DNA from: Candidatus Heimdallarchaeum endolithica
Lineage (GTDB): Archaea > Asgardarchaeota > Heimdallarchaeia > Heimdallarchaeales > Heimdallarchaeaceae
Direction: 5' to 3'
Length of the DNA stretch: 64,000 nt
Assembly: GCA_021513715.1 (NCBI GenBank)
Contig: CP084167.1
Coordinates: forward strand, 1,344,001-1,408,000
In this document: positions 40,350 to 49,256 of the stretch, piece after piece
Layout: every line of letters begins with the position of its first letter
Numbering within the stretch: the first letter of the stretch is position 1
Made by a program: the position numbers and the translations under genes
The notes under the pieces: generated by a model
Database searches by the model: none
What the model saw: only the letters and a program-made list of their open reading frames with translations
What the model was told of the DNA's origin: nothing

Positions 40350-41035
40350 TAAGAAATAGAAAAAGAAAATTTGTAAATTTCATCCTCAAATTCATCGATT
40401 TCTTTTAAAAAACTAGATAATTTAAATAAAGGAACAATTGGAACACCATCAGATATTTTAATAGGAACATTTTTCCAAGAAACAACGAGAGCAATTAATT
40501 TTACTACATTTCTTACTGGTAAACCCAATCTAGTTATCAAATCAGAATATATTTCAGGAAAAACTTCAATTAGATAATCCAATCTTTTTTTCTGTAAAAC
40601 AGCTGCTTTTGAATAATAACTTGGTGGGCTTTTCTTGTGGTACTTACAATCAATCAAAAAAAGGAAAGGAAATTTAAAAGCTATTACATCTATTTCGATA
40701 TTGCTTTTGTTCTCCGTTTTTATTCTATAATTATGTAGAGTTGAATATCCACTATAATCAAAAGCACTGGACACTATTATTTCAAAATCTTTCCAGTTTA
40801 TATTATTAAGAACTAAATCTGGGTTTGAACAGTGAAATAACAAGTTACAAAGAAGAGACCCTCTCTCTTTTTCAGTAAAAATGACATCAGAATAAAATCG
40901 TTCTATAGACATATTACTCTTCATCAAAATTGTATTAAGTTTAGCTTTATTTAATTCATGAAGTAAATTACTTTCATTTGTTAATCCGTTTTTTAAACGG
41001 TTTAAAATAAACTTCGATACTTTATCAATTTCCAA
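40328..41035 (-). CDS. Mrr/NERD-like PD-(D/E)xK nuclease
   Basis: W.DFE.IV, EIDVIA and IDCK. Confidence 0.8.
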   Translation of the reverse strand: MEIDKVSKFILNRLKNGLTNESNLLHELNKAKLNTILMKSNMSIERFYSDVIFTEKERGSLLCNLLFHCSNPDLVLNNINWKDFEIIVSSAFDYSGYSTLHNYRIKTENKSNIEIDVIAFKFPFLFLIDCKYHKKSPPSYYSKAAVLQKKRLDYLIEVFPEIYSDLITRLGLPVRNVVKLIALVVSWKNVPIKISDGVPIVPLFKLSSFLKEIDEFEDEIYKFSFSISYSTSAIS

Positions 41036-41052
41036 AAATTACACCATTTAGA

Positions 41053-41820
41053 TTAAGCTGAACCTTTTGCAACTTTTATTCGATGAATAATTATTTCTCT
41101 TGTTAATTGTTCTATTGGTTGAGCTACTTTCTGAACATTTGGTGGTCTTTCACCTTTCTTTAATCGACCATATTCATCTAGTTTTTCTTTTACATTTGGA
41201 CTACGAAGGAGTGTCATTAGTTCATTTCTAGCATTTAAACAAGAGATTTCCATTACTCTCATATATGCATCTCCTTTATTTTGAGCCAAGCCTTTTTCTA
41301 CTACCAAATCTAGAAAATCATCTGTAGGTCTTCTTTTTTCTGTAGGAAGATCTATTTTGTTTAACACAATTAAGAAAGGTAGAGAATTTCCGAGTTCATC
41401 ACCTTTTAATTCAATTAGCTCGTCAAGACTCTCAACATTATCTTGCCACATTTCTTTAGAAGGATCAAACATGAAAATTAGTCCATCTGCGCCTTCAAGA
41501 ACTACTTTTCTTTGTATATGATGTCTTTTTTGACCTGCTACTGTCCAAACTTGATACCTTAGTTTAGGAACACTTACTCCTTGACCTTTTGGCAATTCAA
41601 AAGTACTTTGGTCATAGAATATTGTTCTCCCTGAAGGGTCATCAATTTTCTTTAATGATGAATAAATTGTTTCTGGATCTTCTACTTTCCTTAACACATT
41701 ATAAACTGTTAACATACTAGTTTTTCCTGCTAAAGATGGCCCAAAAATAACGATTTTAAGATAAGGAACACCAGAAGCATCCACTTTGAAGATATCGCTA
41801 ATTGATAATTTACTTGACAT
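41053..41820 (-). CDS. MglA-like small GTPase
   Basis: GPSLAGKTS, GRTIFYD, WTVAGQ, LEGADG and NKIDL. Confidence 0.85.
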   Translation of the reverse strand: MSSKLSISDIFKVDASGVPYLKIVIFGPSLAGKTSMLTVYNVLRKVEDPETIYSSLKKIDDPSGRTIFYDQSTFELPKGQGVSVPKLRYQVWTVAGQKRHHIQRKVVLEGADGLIFMFDPSKEMWQDNVESLDELIELKGDELGNSLPFLIVLNKIDLPTEKRRPTDDFLDLVVEKGLAQNKGDAYMRVMEISCLNARNELMTLLRSPNVKEKLDEYGRLKKGERPPNVQKVAQPIEQLTREIIIHRIKVAKGSA

Positions 41821-42216
41821 ACTAACCTTTCCGTTAACTGTTCTTTTTTTTTAATTCGTTATTAGAGTTATAAAAATTTTGTTGGTTAGGTTTCTATAAT
41901 ATTTTCTTTCTTATTAAGTTATCGGCAATTTCAGCGAATAATAAGGCATTATTTAAAAAATTAAATACAAAAAGTGGAATGGACATATCTACTCTTAAAA
42001 GAAAATAATTAAGTACAAGAAATAGAATTTAAGTTTAATAGAAATTTTAAAATATCATTACAATAATCAGTTTGATGAAAAATTTATATACCAAGTTGTA
42101 AATATGTACGAAATATAGATAGTTCAAAACGAAAAAGATAAAATCCATCATGTTCTATCTAGATAGAATAAATGAGAGCAATGATAATTGTTGATGAATA
42201 TAGTTAAGGTGAATTA

Positions 42217-43236
42217 ATGTCATTTTACGAATTTAGACGTAGAATATTAGAAGAAAAAAAACGACAGCAAAAACAACAAAGTAAAATTGGAGAAAAAAGA
42301 ACTTCATCTTTTTCACAACCAGAATTAGAGACAGGTAGAACAAAATATAGTGTAGCTTTACTAGGATTGGAAAGAGCTGGAAAAACTTCTTTAGTCAAGA
42401 AATTATTAAAACAAGACGATATCGTTACACGACCAACTTACGGGGTAAACATTGAGTCATACCATTATAGAGACTTAAATTTTACGTGTTTTGATCTTGG
42501 TGGTCACGCTCCTTTCAGACTAAGTTTGTGGAAAAAATTTATTGAAAGAGCAGATGGAATCCTTTATTTAGTTGATTCTGCAGATAATTCGAAATTTGAA
42601 GAGTCAAAGCAAACTTTTTGGCATTACATTAATTTTGCTAAACCTAATAGCCCTGTATTATTTCTAGCAAATAAGAGTGATTTACCTAATTCTAAAGAAT
42701 TATCAGAAATAAATGAATACTTTGAGTTAGATAAATTTTTAAGAAATCTCAGACCTTTTAATGTTAAAAAAATCTCTGCAAAAACAGGTCAAGGAGTTTA
42801 TGAGGCATGGGATTGGATGGTTGAAATTCTTTGTGGAGCCCAGCAATGGAAAGTTAAAATTGCAGCTGCTGTATTAACAGATGTTTCTGGAAACATTCTC
42901 TCAGAGGCTATGTTTGGAAGACCTGATGATCAAGCTCATTTAGCCTCAGATTTCAGAAAACTAAAAGAATTAGCTAAACTATTTGCTATTGAAGCAAAGG
43001 ACAGTATCCAAAGCGTAAAACTTGAAAGTTTATTTAAAAAACATGTCAGCCATGTCAAACGAGGGGCCTATGCGCTATCAGTAATGATTGACCCAATTGA
43101 TCCTGTTACAAGAGCACAGCAAATTCAACTCCGGATATTGGAATATTTTAGTAGAAACGCAACTATCACACAAGATTCATTAGAAGAAGTATTCATCAGC
43201 AAGTTCCCGCTTGAAGTTGAGAGAGGGATAAGATAA
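42217..43236 (+). CDS. Arf/Sar1-like GTPase with C-terminal longin/roadblock-like domain
   Basis: GLERAGKTS, PTYG, DLGGH, NKSD and SAK. Confidence 0.88.
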   Translation: MSFYEFRRRILEEKKRQQKQQSKIGEKRTSSFSQPELETGRTKYSVALLGLERAGKTSLVKKLLKQDDIVTRPTYGVNIESYHYRDLNFTCFDLGGHAPFRLSLWKKFIERADGILYLVDSADNSKFEESKQTFWHYINFAKPNSPVLFLANKSDLPNSKELSEINEYFELDKFLRNLRPFNVKKISAKTGQGVYEAWDWMVEILCGAQQWKVKIAAAVLTDVSGNILSEAMFGRPDDQAHLASDFRKLKELAKLFAIEAKDSIQSVKLESLFKKHVSHVKRGAYALSVMIDPIDPVTRAQQIQLRILEYFSRNATITQDSLEEVFISKFPLEVERGIR

Positions 43237-43239
43237 AAA

Positions 43240-44241
43240 GTGAGAAAAATGAGTAGTTACCTATCATTCTTAAGAGATAAAGTTTTCTCCAAAAAAGGAG
43301 AAAAAACACCACGTATAGCTATTTTAGGTTTAGATAAATCAGGAAAGTCTACGACAGTCAATAGATTACTTTTTGGAACTGTATCAGATGCTAATCCTCC
43401 TCAATCAACTTGCTTCATTAATATTTACTATGGTAAATCACTTATTAGTATTTTAGAAGCAGATGAGGAGACTTCAAGAGAAAGCCCCTATTTTCAAGAT
43501 ATTCTTTCTCAAATTGATGGAGTAATTTTTATCATCGATACTGAAACAAAGCGACATGTAGAAGCTTCTTTTGAGTATATATACAGTTTATTAGATAAAA
43601 TTCCTCAACAAACACCAATGCTATTCCTAGCTAACAAAATGGATATTGAAAATGCTATTCCTTTTGAGGAGATATTACTAGACCCTGCATTTCAAGTAAT
43701 AACTGATGACATTAACCGTTCAGTTTCAATTTACGATATTAGCGCAAAAACAGGTGAAAACTTTTACACTGCTTTTGATTGGATAATATCTCGAATTACA
43801 GGAAGAACGCCTTTAAGAGAAGAAGTCACTTTAAAGAGGGTAATTATTCTTCAAGAAGGAGGTGTTCCAGCTTTTGATCACACTTTCGATACTAAAATAG
43901 AGGAGCATGATAGTACATTACTTGGAGGATTAATTAGTGCTTTGAATATCATGGCAACAACAATTTTCGAAAGCGAGTCTGTAATGGATATAATTAAACT
44001 CGGACACTTCAAGCTAGTTATCAGAAAAATGCAAGGTTGGACTGGTGTTTTATTTGTAAATAGAGATGATAGTGAATCAAAAGCTCAATCTCTCTCAGAA
44101 GAAATATTAAAAGCTTTTATTGAAGAAAAAAATAGAAAACCAGATCAAGAACTAGCAAGAGAAACAAAGTATGAACTATTGCATAAAATACCAGAAATTG
44201 CAATATTATTAGATCAAGAATTAGATCAAGAAATTAATTAA
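43240..44241 (+). CDS. Degenerate Arf-like GTPase with longin-like domain
   Basis: GLDKSGKST, NKMD and SAK are present, but the G2 Thr and G3 DxxG are not recognisable. C-terminal DSTLLGGLISAL. Confidence 0.82.
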   Translation: MRKMSSYLSFLRDKVFSKKGEKTPRIAILGLDKSGKSTTVNRLLFGTVSDANPPQSTCFINIYYGKSLISILEADEETSRESPYFQDILSQIDGVIFIIDTETKRHVEASFEYIYSLLDKIPQQTPMLFLANKMDIENAIPFEEILLDPAFQVITDDINRSVSIYDISAKTGENFYTAFDWIISRITGRTPLREEVTLKRVIILQEGGVPAFDHTFDTKIEEHDSTLLGGLISALNIMATTIFESESVMDIIKLGHFKLVIRKMQGWTGVLFVNRDDSESKAQSLSEEILKAFIEEKNRKPDQELARETKYELLHKIPEIAILLDQELDQEIN

Positions 44242-44253
44242 GGAGTTAGAAAA

Positions 44254-45021
44254 ATGATAAATCCAAGTCAAATGAGAGCACCAAAGATGGTCTTTAGCAT
44301 CTTTAAAGATTATGGACCAGAAATTGAATTTAACAACACAACTCTTTCAGAAGAGCAGGCTTTAGCACTAGTTATGAGTGGTTTTACACTTGTGGAAATG
44401 AATAAAGACTACAAAGGAAGGTTAGATGGATCAAAGATGCCCAGAATGTTAGGCCCCATTCCAGTTCCAGATACAACAATGAAAGCGATAGCTATTCCTT
44501 TTGAAACAAAGATAACTTCTTCTGAGGATGAAAGAATTGCAGAAGCAGGATATAGAGACTGTGTTGTTTTCTTCATTTTTGAAGGTAGTAAATTAAGAGA
44601 AGTATTAGATAGTTACGGGATTGTTGAGCCCTATTTCTCAATGATCGCTCGAAGTTTAAATGAAGAAAAGTCTATCACACCAAGCAATTTGAAAAAGGTT
44701 TACGAACGTATGGTCGATATGTTTACAGGAAGGATTCCTCGTATTTTCAAGATAAATAACGACAATTCAGTGAAAGAGATCATTGGTAAGAGACTTGAAC
44801 ACGCAGATGCGTATTTAATATGCGATTTAGAAAGAAAAAACATGTATGTATTATTGTATAACAGTGATATTGATATTTGGAGAAAAAGAGAAATAGAAAA
44901 AGTTTCTTCAGAAGTAAATTCAAAGATGTTTAGAAGCGCATTGAGAAGAAAATTTATCACAGATATTGGAGAGATATCACAAATCTTGAATTTACTTAAT
45001 ATCGAAATTGCTCCTGTATAA
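44254..45021 (+). CDS. Putative uDENN/longin plus gelsolin-like domain protein
   Basis: FSIFKDYGP...GPIPVP...DER...GYRDCVVFF, then RIFKI...VKEI...DAYLICD..RKNMYV. Confidence 0.5.
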   Translation: MINPSQMRAPKMVFSIFKDYGPEIEFNNTTLSEEQALALVMSGFTLVEMNKDYKGRLDGSKMPRMLGPIPVPDTTMKAIAIPFETKITSSEDERIAEAGYRDCVVFFIFEGSKLREVLDSYGIVEPYFSMIARSLNEEKSITPSNLKKVYERMVDMFTGRIPRIFKINNDNSVKEIIGKRLEHADAYLICDLERKNMYVLLYNSDIDIWRKREIEKVSSEVNSKMFRSALRRKFITDIGEISQILNLLNIEIAPV

Positions 45022-45134
45022 TTTTGTTTTTCTTGATTTACTTCTCCTCTATTTTTATTTATTAAATAATATACTATTTATACTATACAATTTGATGTAA
45101 AAAGTTAAAAACTATATAATAAAGTGAAAATAAT

Positions 45135-45683
45135 GTGAAATTGATGAGTGAACAAAACAACGAATTGGAAATACATGACGAACGTAGTAAACTAGAAAAA
45201 ATAGCCAATAGAATCAGTTCAATCTCATATCTACAATCTGTTAGATCATTTTTGTCTAGAGAAAAAAAAATAGCAGTTATAGTAGATGCCCCTAATTTCT
45301 TAAGAAAAGTGAAAAATAAGCAAGTAAAACTTGATGATATTGAAGATAAAATCAAAGATGAAGGAAAAATTGTTATTAGAAAAGTGTTATTAAATGAATT
45401 TGCAAGTGAAAGTCTGTTACAAGCAGTTTTCAATAGTGGATATGAACCAATTGTAGCAGCTCATGATATTTACATCCAAATGGCTATTGAAGTAACAAAA
45501 TTATTATCAGAAAAAATTGATTTAATATTTTTTGCTACTCGTCATGCACGAGCAGTACCTATTGTTCAAAAATTGAAAGAGAGAGGAGTAGAAGTTGCTT
45601 TAGTCACTTATGAAAGCGGTTTAAGCATTGCTCTAAAAAAAACAATCGACAAAATCTACTTTATTGAAATCGACAAAAGTTAA
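45135..45683 (+). CDS. NYN domain protein (TIGR00288-like)
   Basis: IAVIVDAPNFLRK, L.QAVFNSGYEP and GLSIALK. Confidence 0.85.
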   Translation: MKLMSEQNNELEIHDERSKLEKIANRISSISYLQSVRSFLSREKKIAVIVDAPNFLRKVKNKQVKLDDIEDKIKDEGKIVIRKVLLNEFASESLLQAVFNSGYEPIVAAHDIYIQMAIEVTKLLSEKIDLIFFATRHARAVPIVQKLKERGVEVALVTYESGLSIALKKTIDKIYFIEIDKS

Positions 45684-45698
45684 CTAATTGTTAAAAAC

Positions 45699-46961
45699 TT
45701 ACAATTCTTCCTTTTGTCTTGTAAAAGAATTAAGTTTTACTCTCCTTTCTTTTTTACTAAATTCAGTTATAAGATATAAATCCGCTATAGTGCTTAGAGC
45801 TGAATTCAATTTATAGTAAGCTTTTCTGTTTAATGTTCTTTTAACTATAATGTTTTTCTTTAATAATTGAGATAGATGATAGGATATCGTCGTTTTTTGG
45901 ATATTTAAATTAGAAACTAGCTCTTCATAACTTATACCTATATCTAAACCAACTGATTTTAATGTAATTAGAGTTAATAAAAAAACACGAGAACTGTCTT
46001 CTTCATTTGTATAGCTACGAAATTCATCAAAAGAAGTGTAATCCAAAAGAGAGGAAATATCATTAACAAGTTCAATGTACGCTTTATCATAACCATTATA
46101 GAAACATTCCTTGCAAACTAGAGAAGTAAGATGTATAGCATTATGTAAATTAAGTAAAGAATTTTCTGCAATTACTTCAACAATTTCTGAATTGAATGGT
46201 TGTTGAATATTACCATTAACAGATAGTCTTACTGACAAAATTTCATAAATTGCTTTCTTATCTAATGGACTCAATTCTATTGCAGGCAAGGTAGAATTAT
46301 AAAATTGATCTGTGTAGTTAATTGTCGTAATTAAACTTTTTAATCTAATCCAAGCAGGAAAGGAAAAAACAAATAGAATTGAGGTTTTAGGAAAGCGATA
46401 CTTAAACGATTCTAAAAAAGTTACAAAAATATCTATTAAATAATCAGCATGATCAATTATTACTAGAGGAATCTCTTCATCATGAATATCATGTTTTGCA
46501 ACTTCATTAATAATATTATTAAAAGAAAACGTAGGTTGAGAACTTAAATTTTTGATTGTAACATTTTTTTTGGCATCAATAATTAGGGAATTTTGCATTT
46601 CTGTTATTTCATTTTTTACAAGTTCATGTGCTTTTTCCACTAACGTTGACACTCCACTACCCCTGTATCCAAACAAAACAGCATCAAGAAAAAAGTTGTT
46701 TTGTCTACTTTTATCAATATCAGCGATTAAAGTAATTATTTTACGAAGATTTATATTAATTATTCCTTTTTCCAAAAGAATGTTTATCTCATCAAAACTC
46801 ACTTTTTTCTCAAAGGGATTTTTTTGAAAACCAAATGCTCTGAAAGGGTCTTGAGAGGAAAATTCTATAGCCTTCGCTCTATTTATCGTCTCTTTTACAA
46901 ATTTGCGAAGGTTTTCTGGAATGTCCATATTTTTTCCTCTATTGTAATATCTAGAAAACAT
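45699..46961 (-). CDS. AAA+ / winged-helix protein (Cdc6/Orc1-like architecture, degenerate Walker A)
   Basis: FGFQKNPF, GYRGSGVST and VIIDHAD, with a C-terminal wHTH (KTTISYHLSQL). Confidence 0.7.
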   Translation of the reverse strand: MFSRYYNRGKNMDIPENLRKFVKETINRAKAIEFSSQDPFRAFGFQKNPFEKKVSFDEINILLEKGIININLRKIITLIADIDKSRQNNFFLDAVLFGYRGSGVSTLVEKAHELVKNEITEMQNSLIIDAKKNVTIKNLSSQPTFSFNNIINEVAKHDIHDEEIPLVIIDHADYLIDIFVTFLESFKYRFPKTSILFVFSFPAWIRLKSLITTINYTDQFYNSTLPAIELSPLDKKAIYEILSVRLSVNGNIQQPFNSEIVEVIAENSLLNLHNAIHLTSLVCKECFYNGYDKAYIELVNDISSLLDYTSFDEFRSYTNEEDSSRVFLLTLITLKSVGLDIGISYEELVSNLNIQKTTISYHLSQLLKKNIIVKRTLNRKAYYKLNSALSTIADLYLITEFSKKERRVKLNSFTRQKEEL

Positions 46962-46976
46962 CTAACCTTTAAACTT

Positions 46977-47036
46977 TTTCGAAATGTTCGAATATTTCGA
47001 ATTTTCGACAAAAAAACAAGAAATTACGACAAAAAA
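46977..47036. promoter_or_regulatory. Tandem TTCGA repeats upstream of the AAA-wHTH gene
   Basis: TCGA at 46979, 46988, 46997 and 47005. CGACAAAAAA occurs twice (47006 and 47027). Confidence 0.45.
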
Positions 47037-47098
47037 GGAAACAACCCAAAAAACATTTTTTTAAGCAGAAAATATAGATTTTGTTCAAACAGAAAGTA

Positions 47099-47869
47099 GG
47101 TAGTGTCTAGTTTTTATACCACCTCCTAGGCAAAAAGGAACTAAGGGGAGGATGTCCCAAGCTCTGATGAGGACGAACGAAATTATAATGGAGCATAAAG
47201 AGAGTAAGGAAACCAGAAAGATGACTAGAGCCATAGACGGCACGGATAGGACAAGTGTAGTGCATTGGAGAATAGAATGAAACCAACGATAACTCTTAAG
47301 GGTGGCATTAAAACGTTCAATATAGGAGCCTAAACCACCTTTTGTAACGGAAATTTTGATACCTAGACGAAGTAAGACAGGATACCATACCCCTGCATCT
47401 GTAACGACAATACGGGGCTTAAAACCCTATACCAACATTTGAGCCAATAACGGAAAGTTAGTAAACATTCAAGATTACTCCGTCCCTTAGTAATACTAAA
47501 ACCCAGTAAAGTCTTATTGTAAGGATCTAACGCGAACCACAGATACATTGAGCCTTGAGAGGTCCTAATCTCTGTTTCATTTACTACTATACTTTCTGGT
47601 ATTCCCCTTCTCTCTGCTACAACTCTATGTAAACTTTCCCTAAAGAGTCTGAACTTCTTTACCCAATACCATAATGTTTGGTGTGTTAAACCATTCTTCC
47701 AAGCTACTGTCCTCAAACCATTCTTTGAACCAATATATTCCTAAATAGCTTTTATTATTATCTTTTTGGGGATCCTGCTTCGAATAAATAATTTGTTTAG
47801 TTTATTGAATTTCATATTATACTCTTAGCAAGTCCCCTAATTTTTTTTGTCGGAAAACTAGACACCACC
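47099..47869 (-). mobile_element. IS6-family insertion sequence (decayed)
   Basis: 16-bp inverted repeat GGT(A/G)GTGTCTAGTTTT and a 10-bp duplication ACAGAAAGTA. Transposase remnants V(N)ETE, YLWFALD, VTDAG and IERFN carry an in-frame TAG and a frameshift. Confidence 0.88.
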
Positions 47870-48013
47870 ACAGAAAGTATATAGAAAAATTCAAATTATT
47901 ATTATATGATCAAATAATCTGAGAAAATTTATAAGTGCATCAATGAAGTAAAAACCAGAGAATGAAAAGATTTATAAGTGGGTGATTAGGCGCTGAGCTT
48001 TCGTGACCGAGAA

Positions 48014-48556
48014 ATGGATGAATGGCAGGTAAGAGCAAGAATAGATCAAGCCCTAAATAATTCTACAAAAGTATATGCCATGGAAAATGGAAGGTTAGTG
48101 CGATTACATGATGTTATAAAAGTAAGAGAGCTCAACGCATTTCTTGGCTTAATTATTGCTTATTCTGCTGGAAGTTTTATGACAATTGATCGTTTTTATT
48201 TAGATAGTTTTCACCCAATAAGGCAAAAAAGAATAATCAACAGGTTAAATAGTCATAGCGGTCAAATAAATACTGCTCTGTTGTTAGAGTTACTTAGGTT
48301 ACGAGATAGGACAAAGCTTAGTAAGTATGATATTATCAGAAAAGTCCAAAACAAATATTTTATTAGTCAACCAATAGGTACAAAAGACATTACAGAATCT
48401 CTCAACAGAATGCTAAGGAAGACTATGGTTGACTATTTCTGGTTTGAAGGAAAATATTTTAGAAGATCAAATTTTGATTTACGTTTAATTGAACTTCCAA
48501 ATAATGCTAATTATGATTTTATCAAAATAAATATTGACAATATTATTCAATTCTAA
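48014..48556 (+). CDS. Hypothetical basic protein
   Basis: 180-aa ORF with TATA-like TTTATAAG upstream. Confidence 0.65.
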   Translation: MDEWQVRARIDQALNNSTKVYAMENGRLVRLHDVIKVRELNAFLGLIIAYSAGSFMTIDRFYLDSFHPIRQKRIINRLNSHSGQINTALLLELLRLRDRTKLSKYDIIRKVQNKYFISQPIGTKDITESLNRMLRKTMVDYFWFEGKYFRRSNFDLRLIELPNNANYDFIKINIDNIIQF

Positions 48557-48602
48557 GCTAGTTTTCTTTTAACTCTAAAGAATAAAAAAAGAGAAGAAAT
48601 TT

Positions 48603-49070
48603 CTATTTTTCATTATTATTTTCTTGTTTTATAGAAGGTGCAATTATGTTTACAGATTGCCAAATATCTTCTTTGTCCAAAAGCAAAACAGGAAGACCTC
48701 TTATCAGATCTGGTTCTTTTTCTAGTTCATTCTGCAAAAAAGGTGGATAAAAACCTACAAATTTAAAATCATGTTCCTCCAATTCACCTAACAATATTCC
48801 TAATAACATGTTATTTGTATCCAATCCCAATATTAGAAAGAAACTATGTTTTGAGAAATCTTCTCCTTCAGGACTAGATAACTTCACTAATCCACCTGAT
48901 AGATGGTAGTTATCCTTATTTTTTGATTTTTCTATTATACTTTGAAAATACTCTGTTTTCAATATTATATTTGTGTTTGTAGCATCATAATAATCTACAA
49001 ATTCGAGATCAATAATTGCTTCCTTCCCTTCTTTATCTTTACTTGCTACAGAAGCTTTCCATACTTTCAT
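48603..49070 (-). CDS. Hypothetical protein
   Basis: 155-aa ORF. No family recognised. Confidence 0.65.
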   Translation of the reverse strand: MKVWKASVASKDKEGKEAIIDLEFVDYYDATNTNIILKTEYFQSIIEKSKNKDNYHLSGGLVKLSSPEGEDFSKHSFFLILGLDTNNMLLGILLGELEEHDFKFVGFYPPFLQNELEKEPDLIRGLPVLLLDKEDIWQSVNIIAPSIKQENNNEK

Positions 49071-49256
49071 TTGAGAAGTTTCTCAAACACCAATAAATAC
49101 TTTTAGAAAGAAACGATTTCGAAGAGTTATAAAAAATTATTACTTTTTTTCTTTAAATATTTTAAGTACAAAAAACAACTCTTGAACCAAAGATAAGTCC
49201 AGCAGTCTGATTTTTACAGATAATAATCCTTATGAATGCTTAACTATTCGCACTAG

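Noticed and set aside
46962-48013. Canonical replication origin
   Set aside because: No ORB with a G-string recognised, and most of the gap is the IS6 element.
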